From Escherichia phage SmurfNell: 64,000 bases of DNA. The first letter of the stretch is position 1. The number at the start of each line of letters is the position of its first letter. The DNA is taken from sequence record OR896824.1. One strand, 5' to 3'. The translations under genes were made by a program, and so were the position numbers. Below the pieces are notes generated by a model. The model was not told where the DNA came from, made no database searches, and worked only from the letters and a program-made list of their open reading frames with translations. This document shows positions 40,386-49,262 of the stretch, piece after piece.

Positions 40386-40796
40386 TTACTTAGTGATAGC
40401 TCGGATAGCTTCTGCCAGATGAGCAGCTGCTTTACCGGTCAGCTTGTCGATGATTGCGTCGTCCAGGAAGTCCGGTGCTAAGCCAGCATCAGAGAATGCA
40501 GAGCGAAGATCGGAGTGAGCCTGAGCTTTGGAAGTACGAGAACCACCAGAAGCTTTTTCTCCAGTAGATGCGTTTGATTTAGAAGTAGAGCCAGCAGCTT
40601 TCTTGATATACAGACCTGCTTTGGTCAGCTTCATACGGAAACCGTTCGGAGTTACACCATTTTCCTGAGCAATTTCGCTAACAATTTCCATGCTAACGCC
40701 CGGACGCTCATCTTCTGGGAATTGCTCCATACGAGCAACGTAGTCGGAAGACATTTTTTCGAACAGTTCATCAGTCCACTGAGTTGGAGTAGTCAT
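40386..40796 (-). CDS. Hypothetical highly expressed early protein
   Basis: 136 aa; host-optimal codon usage; SD AAGGAAAT upstream. Confidence 0.5.
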   Translation of the reverse strand: MTTPTQWTDELFEKMSSDYVARMEQFPEDERPGVSMEIVSEIAQENGVTPNGFRMKLTKAGLYIKKAAGSTSKSNASTGEKASGGSRTSKAQAHSDLRSAFSDAGLAPDFLDDAIIDKLTGKAAAHLAEAIRAITK

Positions 40797-40854
40797 ATTT
40801 TTCGATTTCCTTAATTAAGAATTAAACAGAATAGTTCTTTCAAACTATGAGAAT

Positions 40855-40883
40855 ATTATATCAAGAATTACAGGATTAAGCAA
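40855..40883 (-). promoter_or_regulatory. Sigma70-type promoter
   Basis: Minus strand TTGCTT, 17-nt spacer, TATAAT. Confidence 0.55.
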
Positions 40884-40903
40884 CTGAAATTTTTCAGTAA
40901 CTG

Positions 40904-41158
40904 CTACACATCTAGTTCAACGATCTCCCAATCGTCGGCCAGAGCTTCGTCTAGAGTTAGCTCAGTGGTTTTCCACGATGCATCGTCTAGCGTGAGTTTA
41001 GTACGCCCATCTTTAGACCACCACCAAGTAAATTCTATAATGTCGTTATTATCAACATCTACTTTGATGATAGTGGTAGAATAAGTATTATTTTCCCAGC
41101 TATCTCGCTGGAGATATTTTACGTCTCCAGCTTTTAACAGACCAGTTAGTTTACTCAC
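40904..41158 (-). CDS. Hypothetical small protein
   Basis: 84 codons from GTG with AAGGAAAA SD upstream. Confidence 0.4.
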   Translation of the reverse strand: MSKLTGLLKAGDVKYLQRDSWENNTYSTTIIKVDVDNNDIIEFTWWWSKDGRTKLTLDDASWKTTELTLDEALADDWEIVELDV

Positions 41159-41855
41159 GGCGTTTTCCTTTCTCTTTATCGAGTTTCAAGGCAGCTTTAA
41201 CAGCTTCATTAACCAATGTGATAACTTCTTCACGGCTCCACTTAAAGCCCAGAGCCTTAACATCAACTCCCAGCTTTTCCAGATGTTTAACAGAAGCTAA
41301 TTCGTAGTGCATATAGTGAACGTTCTGTTGTTTACCTTCTGATAACAACCAAACACGATAGCAACCAACTGGGTTAGTCATTGCTTTCTTGATTTCACCA
41401 ATACACTGATAGCCAGGAACCCAAACAAGTTCACCAACTTCAAATTCCTCTGCCATTGCATCATCAGGAATCAATGGAGGATTCAATGGATCAACAATAT
41501 CATTTAAACGAAGCAGAGCACCGTAACGTTCCAGGACAGATTTAATCATCGCTACAGAACGATAATTACGATCAGCAATTTCTTCAAAAGAATCACCAGA
41601 AAGATACTGTTCAATTACGTTTGCAAGCTCAACACCTTCAATCAGTGTTCCACGCTTCTTCTTTTTCATTTCCGCAACTTGAACCTGACGATCTCTCCAT
41701 TCCTCGATCATTCGTTCCATAGTTGGGTTAGAAGAAACACCGAGCATTTCACATGCTACTTTCTTAGTACCACCATTCTCCAGATGTTCAATGACCTTTT
41801 TAAAGGTTTCATCAGGGATTTCATGGATAAGTTTCTTTCTACGAGAACCAGCCAT
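41151..41855 (-). CDS. Putative HTH DNA-binding protein
   Basis: 234 aa; TKKVACEMLGVSSNPTMERMIEEW helix-turn-helix-like N-terminus; SD GAGAGGAG. Confidence 0.5.
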   Translation of the reverse strand: MAGSRRKKLIHEIPDETFKKVIEHLENGGTKKVACEMLGVSSNPTMERMIEEWRDRQVQVAEMKKKKRGTLIEGVELANVIEQYLSGDSFEEIADRNYRSVAMIKSVLERYGALLRLNDIVDPLNPPLIPDDAMAEEFEVGELVWVPGYQCIGEIKKAMTNPVGCYRVWLLSEGKQQNVHYMHYELASVKHLEKLGVDVKALGFKWSREEVITLVNEAVKAALKLDKEKGKRRE

Positions 41856-41886
41856 ATTTAAACTCCTCTCTCAAATTTATGAATCT

Positions 41887-41915
41887 ATTATACAGAAAAT
41901 TTTTCCTGAAAGCAA
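41887..41915 (-). promoter_or_regulatory. Sigma70-type promoter
   Basis: Minus strand TTGCTT, 17-nt spacer, TATAAT, leader AGATTCATAAATTTGAGAGAGGAG. Confidence 0.6.
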
Positions 41916-41923
41916 ATAAATTT

Positions 41924-42382
41924 TTAAGCTGGATATAGCTCGGCTTTGAAAGCAGCTCTAACTTCTATTGCCTCTTCTAACGAATTGCATTGTTGGTACT
42001 TACGAGTATTTCCTTTTTGCATAAGTACACAGTATTTTTCACCGCGCATATAGATATTAGATTCTCCTAACTTATTGTCCTTTCTCACATCTATATTATG
42101 CATTTGATCAGATCTATTGGAATCTTCTAGATTCTCTATGAAATTACAATCCTTAATTCTGTTCTTGTGGTCTATCTCCTCAGGAATATATCCTTTATGA
42201 TACAGAAAGACTAACTGATGTTCTCCCCATTTCTTGCCTTTGAAACCAATCCTGATATACCCTTTGTGCTTCCCACCCGCAAACTGCCCTATTAACCTCT
42301 TTTGGTTAGTTTTCCTCCATTTGAGGTGGCCAGTTTCTGGATCATATTCAAAGGCTTCTCTAACCTCTTCTTGAGTTATCAT
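41924..42382 (-). CDS. HNH-AP2 homing endonuclease
   Basis: YDPETGHLKWR...GYIRIGFKGKKWGEHQLVFLYHKGYIPEEIDHKNRIKDCNFIENL; paralogous to 51331 and 55539 ORFs. Confidence 0.75.
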   Translation of the reverse strand: MITQEEVREAFEYDPETGHLKWRKTNQKRLIGQFAGGKHKGYIRIGFKGKKWGEHQLVFLYHKGYIPEEIDHKNRIKDCNFIENLEDSNRSDQMHNIDVRKDNKLGESNIYMRGEKYCVLMQKGNTRKYQQCNSLEEAIEVRAAFKAELYPA

Positions 42383-42611
42383 CTTCTTTAATTAATTCTC
42401 CTAATTCCTTATAAACACGTTCTAACTCAAAAGGGATACGTAAGGATACTCGTACCTTACGTTGTTTTAATAGCCATATAGATACGTTCGGAATACCAGC
42501 CAATCTGGGAGGGACCACTCGGCATAGTTTCTCCGCAGTATCGTAAACAGAAGTTTTACGTTCTTTTACGTAAAACTTCCTTGTTTCCCACTTTTTATTC
42601 TTCGCTGTCAT
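42360..42611 (-). CDS. Hypothetical small basic protein
   Basis: 83 codons from ATG at 42611; overlaps the 3' end of the upstream helicase gene. Confidence 0.35.
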   Translation of the reverse strand: MTAKNKKWETRKFYVKERKTSVYDTAEKLCRVVPPRLAGIPNVSIWLLKQRKVRVSLRIPFELERVYKELGELIKEDDNSRRG

Positions 42612-45384
42612 TTCTAGCCCCCAATTCAGCAAGAGCTTCCTCATGCATCTGACGTTCTTCATCTGTCATAAACTTAACTGGAATCGGCATACATTCGATC
42701 TTACAGTAAGTTCTGTACCAGTCCACAATCTTTTCCGTATCCAGATCTTTACCGATACCCATCATGCCAAGATACATACGAGCATATTTTGGGTTAGCGC
42801 TCTGACCTGTCTTAAGGAAGAAATCCTTCTTCTTATTCTTAAGAGCTTCGATAAACGGTTTGATTGTTACGTTTGAACACTTTTTAATATCTTCCCAGAA
42901 CATGTCGTGCATCTTATGGAAGAATGCAGCTCTATCGTTTGGTTTATCCTTGATATACTGTTCAACGTGTTCCACTGTTACATCTTTAATAGAATCCAGA
43001 TGATAATAGCGAACCAGAAGCAATTTAGCTTCATAGGCATCTGCATGACGTGGTGCGCAATATTCAGGAGTTGAGTGCAAAATAGCTTTGATTCGCTCTT
43101 CTGTATACTCTTTGCCTGCACCTTCGATAGTTCCCCAGCTTTCACTGAAAATATCAATAGTTGCACCCTGATCAAGCAGATAATAACGCAAAGTACTAGT
43201 ATAGTTTCTGGACTCCAGTTCACGACGACGTGCATACAGCTGCTGAGCTAACTCAACCCAACCCTCATCAATATTATATTGCTCGGAACCCGCAGAAAAT
43301 CCACTCGTAGATTTATCAATAAAATAATAAATGTTCTGAGCACCACGGTCGCGCCTGATTGCTTGGAAACGCATGTTTGGCGCTTGGTTTGAGGTTCTAG
43401 TGATAACAAATACGTTATCAAAATAGTTAAAGTCAACGCCACTCGTTACAGATGGACTACATAACAAACAATCAATCTGTTGATCAATTAGCTCATTAGT
43501 AGTGTAATCCAGAATACGTCGGATATCTACATCAGACGTAGAGTTTGAGTGAATTTCTTTAACTAACGCACCAGTGTTACGACGTAACGCCATCCCCTTT
43601 TCATTCAGTTCATCTGGCCCACAGTCAGATACTAGGATTGATTTCTCCCCCATCTCTAGTGAAGTCTGGAGTGCGACCCAAATACTGGATTCATCAGGGA
43701 ACTCATATGCATGAGCTTTTGCCAGCATTTTACGGTGATGATTATAGAACGCGACCGGTTTATCAAAATCAATCAAAGAACCATAGGCTTCAATCGTTTC
43801 TGCACTGATATCACCATCAGATAAGATAACCGTTTTTGCAGTAATAAGAATATCGCGAAGAACCTGAATACATTCACGACGGTTTTTAACAACCGGGGCG
43901 AATAACAGATCATTCATTACTGCGTCACATTCATCAATAAAGATCGTATCAATCTGACCCACAAAGCTCTTGAACTTATGGATAGAGTGAATAGTTGAAG
44001 ACATACGATCAATAGCACCACGTTTGAAGTTCAGCATATCAACTGACTTATCATACTGACCAGCACCGAATTTCTTCGCGTTTGAAGATACAAGTGCCCT
44101 AGTATTCGTGATTGCAATAAAGTTTCCTGGAAGAACACCTGCATCTAGCCACTTAGTTACTGCTGTGGTTTTACCTGTACCAAGACTTGCCTTAACAAAT
44201 GTTAAATGTCCTTTTGGGGGTACAATGTTAATCTTCAAGTATGGAACTTCTGGCGGTGAATCTGTGTCCAGACGCTTTAGTGGTACACCTTTTAAGTTGG
44301 GTGGAATCTCACGTTTGGAGTTATTCACAAAGGCTTTTAGAGCCTGCTTACGACCGTTATTAAAGTAATCTTGAATATTACGACTATTATCTTTAGTTGC
44401 AATATATTCAGATAAAGCTGGTTTAATCTCACGTTCTAACCACGTAAAGTCAACACCATCTTCTAACGCTCTGTGATAAAGTTTTGGGATAATACGCAGG
44501 TACACCCCATCCTCAGCTTCTTCTAGTTCGCTGATGGTTTCTTCCACTTTATCAGATGCAGCCTTCTTGCCTTTAATTTGGTCAAGTAAGGAGTAGAATT
44601 CTTCTTTAAACTCACCTCTAGTTGTTTCAAAGTCAACTAGGTTATTGGGTAGATTCACTTTCGAACCCTTAACATACACAAGACGTGGTTTATTCTCCGC
44701 TTTAAACGGATCGACTATACCATCATCAAATAAGGGATCTGCGAAATAGTGAAGCTGAACAGAAGAATAATAAGCTAAGTCAGCAATATCAAAGCCATAC
44801 TTTTGCTTACTACTGTCATTGATGGATGTAAATAAGAATTTTAATTGCCCCTGCGTTACCTTGACATTAGATTCTAGCATTAAGTGCATTCGGATACCTG
44901 GTTTTAATCCAGCCGAAGACGATGCATGAGCAATAAACCCTGCATCAAGAGGAAACATATCCTCACTAATACTATTCAACATCTTAATAATATGACGTGC
45001 CATGCCAACAAGATTAAACTTGTCATAGCCACCAGTATCTACAATACCATCCACGTCCATAGCAATAATATGACTAGGATTGGATACGTTAAAGTTTCCC
45101 CTGGTACGACGCACATTATCTTTTGGAGCTAAACATTTACCACGAATAGCTACAATATGCGGGTCTTTGGTAAGACGACGCATGATAGGTAACATTTCAG
45201 CAAGGTTTTGCGGGTCAAGTTCTTCAAGTACATCAAATTTGAAGGGCATGGAAGCTGGTTTACCTTCTGGATGCTCTTTAGAGAATCGCTTTGCAAAGGT
45301 GTAATCTTCCACTTTGATCTCTTTCCAGATGCCAGTGGCTTTATCTCTGGAAAATCCTGCGTGACCTTGTAGGATTGAGAACAC
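42595..45384 (-). CDS. Origin-binding-type helicase with N-terminal primase-like region
   Basis: Walker A ASLGTGKTT, DExD box IFIDECDAV, QAIRRDRG; N-terminal HIIAMDVDG acidic motif; start set at GTG 45384 (AGGAG 8 nt upstream), ORF track extends to 45507. Confidence 0.6.
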   Translation of the reverse strand: MFSILQGHAGFSRDKATGIWKEIKVEDYTFAKRFSKEHPEGKPASMPFKFDVLEELDPQNLAEMLPIMRRLTKDPHIVAIRGKCLAPKDNVRRTRGNFNVSNPSHIIAMDVDGIVDTGGYDKFNLVGMARHIIKMLNSISEDMFPLDAGFIAHASSSAGLKPGIRMHLMLESNVKVTQGQLKFLFTSINDSSKQKYGFDIADLAYYSSVQLHYFADPLFDDGIVDPFKAENKPRLVYVKGSKVNLPNNLVDFETTRGEFKEEFYSLLDQIKGKKAASDKVEETISELEEAEDGVYLRIIPKLYHRALEDGVDFTWLEREIKPALSEYIATKDNSRNIQDYFNNGRKQALKAFVNNSKREIPPNLKGVPLKRLDTDSPPEVPYLKINIVPPKGHLTFVKASLGTGKTTAVTKWLDAGVLPGNFIAITNTRALVSSNAKKFGAGQYDKSVDMLNFKRGAIDRMSSTIHSIHKFKSFVGQIDTIFIDECDAVMNDLLFAPVVKNRRECIQVLRDILITAKTVILSDGDISAETIEAYGSLIDFDKPVAFYNHHRKMLAKAHAYEFPDESSIWVALQTSLEMGEKSILVSDCGPDELNEKGMALRRNTGALVKEIHSNSTSDVDIRRILDYTTNELIDQQIDCLLCSPSVTSGVDFNYFDNVFVITRTSNQAPNMRFQAIRRDRGAQNIYYFIDKSTSGFSAGSEQYNIDEGWVELAQQLYARRRELESRNYTSTLRYYLLDQGATIDIFSESWGTIEGAGKEYTEERIKAILHSTPEYCAPRHADAYEAKLLLVRYYHLDSIKDVTVEHVEQYIKDKPNDRAAFFHKMHDMFWEDIKKCSNVTIKPFIEALKNKKKDFFLKTGQSANPKYARMYLGMMGIGKDLDTEKIVDWYRTYCKIECMPIPVKFMTDEERQMHEEALAELGARNDSEE

Positions 45385-45880
45385 AACAATACTCCTATGT
45401 TGGTTATTCGGATATCTTTCTTTAGGACTATTCAAAAGAATAGAACAACTATTACTACCATTTACACAAACATTAATCATCATCAAGCAGTATGAATAAG
45501 TTATCATACCTCAGTGCTGCGCTCTCTTAACTCTTATCCAGATCAGAACCTAGGTCATTGGCCGCTAAGCCGATTCTGATTGCCCTCACTATCCTATTGG
45601 TAGGTGGCTACTGGACGTGTCACCATTCGCTGCTCTTTTCGTTCGCACCCCCATATAAAGCTCTGCCTATATAACGAGCTAAATATGCACGGTTTGGATT
45701 TACCTTTCCGAATTCAGGGTACGCAGATCACTTAATTGATAATTAACTAATGCAGTATAAACACTAGTAATAGTTAAAACAACCCTTAATGGGGCAGCCT
45801 AACTGTTCCGTATTGCGGATTGTAAACAAGAAAAATTAGCAAAATCAATTTTTACTAATGTCTCTCAATTCAATATAAAT

Positions 45881-45909
45881 ATTATATCAAGATTTTGAGC
45901 ATCCTGCAA
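45881..45909 (-). promoter_or_regulatory. Sigma70-type promoter with long leader
   Basis: Minus strand TTGCAG, 17-nt spacer, TATAAT, then ATTTATATTGAATTGAGAGAC; about 500 nt untranslated before helicase start. Confidence 0.5.
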
Positions 45910-45949
45910 GTAAAATTTTTCCGAAGGTGCTATCAGTGTCCTTGAGCAC

Positions 45950-45976
45950 AGAGAAAACCGAGTCATTTTGACTCGG
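45950..45976 (-). terminator. Rho-independent terminator
   Basis: CCGAGTCA-loop-TGACTCGG hairpin; minus strand followed by TTTTCTCTGTG. Confidence 0.6.
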
Positions 45977-46000
45977 TAATCAGGATTGAGCTAATGAAAA

Positions 46001-46396
46001 TCAATCATCATTTAGGCCTGGGACATAGATTCCAATGCGATTTAATTGACCTTTAGCTTCTTCGAGAATATCTTCGGTGTACTCCCAAATATCATCTTCT
46101 ACTTGCAAAAGATAAGGGGATTCACCAGTTTCGGGGTCACGTGTAATGGCTAAGCCACGTGGATGGAATATAGAGAAGTTGAGGGCAACAATCAAGCCCA
46201 TGCTGGACAATTCATTCCAGTCAGCTTCCCAACCATCATCTTCATCTTCGTCCACAAAGACACCTACACTAGGGTCTGTTACAGAAGTAAACGGAAATGT
46301 TACACTAACCTTGTCAACCCCCAACCAACGTGCAAGGAGCCCTTCAGCACGCTCTACCAAACTAGGATCTATCTGACGCCAAAATACTTGTTCCAT
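46001..46396 (-). CDS. Hypothetical protein, paralog B of tandem pair
   Basis: 131 aa; strong SD TAAGGAGG; core MGLIVALNFSIFHPRGLAITRDPETGESPYLLQV...IGIYVPGL aligns with upstream paralog. Confidence 0.6.
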   Translation of the reverse strand: MEQVFWRQIDPSLVERAEGLLARWLGVDKVSVTFPFTSVTDPSVGVFVDEDEDDGWEADWNELSSMGLIVALNFSIFHPRGLAITRDPETGESPYLLQVEDDIWEYTEDILEEAKGQLNRIGIYVPGLNDD

Positions 46397-46405
46397 TCTG
46401 CCTCC

Positions 46406-46834
46406 TTAAGCAGTTAAACCTGGGATCATATACCCGAAACGACGAAGTTTCTGAATCCCCTCATTTACTTCTTCGGGCGAATATGACCAGCCCTCACGTT
46501 CATTTACCTGGAAAGCAGGAGCTTCACCAGTGCGATAGTTTACAATAAGACGGTGATTTGCAGGCATAAACAGCTTATGGTTCAAGGCAAAAACCAGACC
46601 CATTTCATCTAGTTCTTTCCAGTCTACAATTTCTTCTACTCTCTCACCTAAATCCACGCTAACTCCAATACATGGAGCTTCCTCTAGTGGGCCTTTAAAG
46701 GATAGGAAGATATCGTTATTCTCACACCAAATCTTAAGCAGATTGATGGTTTCATTATACATACCATTAGGGAGAGAACGCCAGAAGTTGAGGAGCATAG
46801 GGTTTACCTCTTTCATGAAAAGATTATCGAACAT
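46406..46834 (-). CDS. Hypothetical protein, paralog A of tandem pair
   Basis: 142 aa; core MGLVFALNHKLFMPANHRLIVNYRTGEAPAFQV...FGYMIPGL; SD AAGGTG. Confidence 0.6.
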   Translation of the reverse strand: MFDNLFMKEVNPMLLNFWRSLPNGMYNETINLLKIWCENNDIFLSFKGPLEEAPCIGVSVDLGERVEEIVDWKELDEMGLVFALNHKLFMPANHRLIVNYRTGEAPAFQVNEREGWSYSPEEVNEGIQKLRRFGYMIPGLTA

Positions 46835-46836
46835 AT

Positions 46837-47376
46837 TTACACCTTAAGTTTCTGAAGAGCCTTACACATTTCAAGATCTGGACTAAACTCCAGCATATAG
46901 CTGATAGCATTTAAATCTTGAAGGTTTATTCCAGTCCTGCCATTTACAATAACAGTAGGGAATTGGTACATCATAGCACCAGCATCATCTAGGACACACC
47001 AATGCTTGAGCTTATATTTTTCGACGAAACGTAAAACAGAATTACCCCGAGATAAACCACCTCCAGTAAAATCTGTTGTACCAAGGAAACGATCGATCAA
47101 ACCGAGCCCGGTCATAATCTGAACGTTCTCCATCTCATTTCGTACAGAAAACCATGAAGATACCCCAACAATCATTATTGGGGATGGCTTAAGAAAGTTC
47201 TGAAAAGCCTGGAGTAATGGCTTGTAAACCCAATCACCACCAAAGAATAGCTTCTCACTATCTGGAGCATGATGGTGAGAGATGCTCGAATTGAGCACCC
47301 CATCAATATCCAGGAAAATCACAGGAGTATTACTTATTTCCACCAGTAGCATCCCACGTCCAGACTTTAACTTCAT
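46837..47376 (-). CDS. HAD-superfamily phosphatase
   Basis: Motif I VIFLDIDGVLN (DxDG), motif IV CVLDDAG; start may be internal ATG at 47352. Confidence 0.7.
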   Translation of the reverse strand: MKLKSGRGMLLVEISNTPVIFLDIDGVLNSSISHHHAPDSEKLFFGGDWVYKPLLQAFQNFLKPSPIMIVGVSSWFSVRNEMENVQIMTGLGLIDRFLGTTDFTGGGLSRGNSVLRFVEKYKLKHWCVLDDAGAMMYQFPTVIVNGRTGINLQDLNAISYMLEFSPDLEMCKALQKLKV

Positions 47377-47515
47377 CAGTAAAAGGAACTGGAACCTTCA
47401 ATTCACCTTTACCCCACATAACAGATAGGAACAGAGAATAAATGGTAATCATACCGATTAGGTTGACAAACCATACTAGACCTTTCCAGATACCCTTAAA
47501 AATCTTCTTCACCAT
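47330..47515 (-). CDS. Small membrane protein
   Basis: 62 codons from ATG 47515 with AAGGAGGGAG SD; single TM segment GLVWFVNLIGMITIYSLFLSVMW. Confidence 0.5.
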   Translation of the reverse strand: MVKKIFKGIWKGLVWFVNLIGMITIYSLFLSVMWGKGELKVPVPFTDEVKVWTWDATGGNK

Positions 47516-47678
47516 ATTCTCCCTCCTTAATAAGGAACTCTTTCCATTCTGCTGTATCCTCATAGATAACGCAGAAATCATCACTCTTCCATGAGAAGTC
47601 ATCAGTAGCAAATTCGAAACGGTAGCACCAACTACCATCTGGCCATACTAAAAGATCACACATGCTTTTCTGGGACAT
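47496..47678 (-). CDS. Hypothetical small acidic protein
   Basis: 60 codons from ATG 47678 with GGAGGG SD 8 nt upstream. Confidence 0.45.
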   Translation of the reverse strand: MSQKSMCDLLVWPDGSWCYRFEFATDDFSWKSDDFCVIYEDTAEWKEFLIKEGEYGEEDF

Positions 47679-48507
47679 AAATATTTCCCTCCATAAAAGC
47701 TTCAACTTGATCAATAAAGTGTTTATTACCAAAAACTTCGGCAGCTCCAGCACGCCATACAGTAACACCACGTTTCTCATACTCAAGCTGTTCGTCATAA
47801 CGAACTTGTGGGTTAACAACCATCATCTTAGTTCCACGACATACAGCAGGAAATAATTCCCAGTTGAAGTTGATAACTTGGTTACTACAACCCACCACAA
47901 TAACCATGTCATTGCTAGTAAGAGTATCAAACAGGTTGATTTGACCCATGTACCACGGAGCTGTCTCACCAAAGAACACCACGTTTGGTTTTACCCATTC
48001 GTAATCTTCAGGGGCAATCGCAGTATACCCAACATCTTCGATGATTTGATTGCGACCCTGATGATAGATCACCTCTTTCAAGTACCCGTGAGCGTGAATG
48101 ATTTCATCACGAGGGATACCAGCACGTTCCAGAAGGTCATCAACGTTAGTAGTGAAGTTCTTCACGCTACCCGCATCATAACGCTGGAACCATTCTGCAA
48201 TTCGCAGATGGGCAATGTTAGGCTCAACAGTCTGTAGTTCCTGACGACGCATGTTGTAGAACTCATGAGTCTTGAGATACAGATCGTTACCATCTTCATC
48301 AATGCCAGGGAAACGAGCGCTGAAGTAGTTAGGATCATCTTCACCACAGAAGCGACGGAAGCCAGCTTCAAAGTTAGGCAAGCTACATACTTCCTCTAGA
48401 TCGTACTCATCCCACAAAGATTTTCCACTAGCAGTATCAGTACGGAAAGCACGAACACCACTATCTACACTCAAACCTGCACCACTAACAACAATTAGTC
48501 TACGCAT
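47656..48507 (-). CDS. Sir2 (sirtuin)-family protein lacking zinc ribbon
   Basis: VSGAGLSVDSGVRAFR, TTNVDDL, IIHAHG, PNVVFFGE, VIVVGCS motifs; no CxxC pairs between HG and VVFFGE; SD AAGGAA. Confidence 0.75.
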   Translation of the reverse strand: MRRLIVVSGAGLSVDSGVRAFRTDTASGKSLWDEYDLEEVCSLPNFEAGFRRFCGEDDPNYFSARFPGIDEDGNDLYLKTHEFYNMRRQELQTVEPNIAHLRIAEWFQRYDAGSVKNFTTNVDDLLERAGIPRDEIIHAHGYLKEVIYHQGRNQIIEDVGYTAIAPEDYEWVKPNVVFFGETAPWYMGQINLFDTLTSNDMVIVVGCSNQVINFNWELFPAVCRGTKMMVVNPQVRYDEQLEYEKRGVTVWRAGAAEVFGNKHFIDQVEAFMEGNIYVPEKHV

Positions 48508-48701
48508 TATACGATTCCTTGCTTGAATCCTTCGATGATATTTTGGAGCAGAATTGCTTCTTCTGGGCGAACCTTCTCTTGCTTAATAAGCATATCCAAA
48601 CCAGCAATACAGGTAGCTACTCCAGCATTATACCCAGCATTCCACTGCTCCATAAGCATATTTTCTAAATTACTTTTTAGATTCTGATTCAAGAAGTCCA
48701 T
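48507..48701 (-). CDS. Hypothetical small protein
   Basis: 64 codons from ATG 48701 with GGAGG SD; stop overlaps Sir2 start (ATAATG). Confidence 0.45.
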   Translation of the reverse strand: MDFLNQNLKSNLENMLMEQWNAGYNAGVATCIAGLDMLIKQEKVRPEEAILLQNIIEGFKQGIV

Positions 48702-48873
48702 AAAGTTTTTCCTCCAATTCCATAATACGATTTTCGTAAGAAGCACGCAGCTTCTCGATGGACAAAGCACGAACTGTAACTTCATCTGAATTGATCGCTA
48801 GCTGAGCTAGATCTTCTGTTTCCATACGTCCGTTGTAAATTAAGCGATATTTAAGATGTTTTACGTTTTTCAT
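48670..48873 (-). CDS. Hypothetical small protein
   Basis: 67 aa; SD AAGGAA upstream. Confidence 0.45.
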   Translation of the reverse strand: MKNVKHLKYRLIYNGRMETEDLAQLAINSDEVTVRALSIEKLRASYENRIMELEEKLYGLLESESKK

Positions 48874-48882
48874 TCTTGTTCC

Positions 48883-49164
48883 TTAGTTCTGTACTGTAAA
48901 TTCATTCTTATCACAGTGAGCATAATAATATCCATACATACGATAAATTTTCACAGCCTTAGTAGACCCCTTCGATTCTTCATAATCAATCCAGAGCCAC
49001 TTGTCTTTACCTACATAATGTACCCGAAACTTCTTAACTTTCTTATCATTCCATGTTGCAACAACACGACGATAATCAAATCCGCCCAACCAATCTAGAG
49101 CCTTACGTTCTTCACTAGGCTCTCCAAGATAGGAAACATCTACTTTCGGAAGCAATTCGCTCAT
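48883..49164 (-). CDS. Hypothetical protein, first gene of accessory operon
   Basis: 93 aa; SD GAGAGGAG; promoter immediately upstream. Confidence 0.5.
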   Translation of the reverse strand: MSELLPKVDVSYLGEPSEERKALDWLGGFDYRRVVATWNDKKVKKFRVHYVGKDKWLWIDYEESKGSTKAVKIYRMYGYYYAHCDKNEFTVQN

Positions 49165-49192
49165 AGCTTTCTCCTCTCAAATTTATAAATCA

Positions 49193-49221
49193 ATTATACA
49201 TAAGTTTTAGCTCGAAAGCAA
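49193..49221 (-). promoter_or_regulatory. Sigma70-type promoter of accessory operon
   Basis: Minus strand TTGCTT, 17-nt spacer, TATAAT, leader TGATTTATAAATTTGAGAGGAG. Confidence 0.6.
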
Positions 49222-49255
49222 ATAAAATAAAAGCCAGGTCGACTAGCAACCTGGC
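49219..49255 (-). terminator. Rho-independent terminator after nrdD
   Basis: GCCAGGT-loop-ACCTGGC hairpin; minus strand followed by TTTTATTTTATTTG that overlaps the next -35. Confidence 0.65.
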
Positions 49256-49262
49256 TGATTCA

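Noticed and set aside
47516-47638. Long form (102 aa) of the membrane-peptide ORF
   Set aside because: N-terminal extension has no SD and overlaps the upstream gene extensively; internal ATG 47515 has a strong AAGGAGGGAG SD
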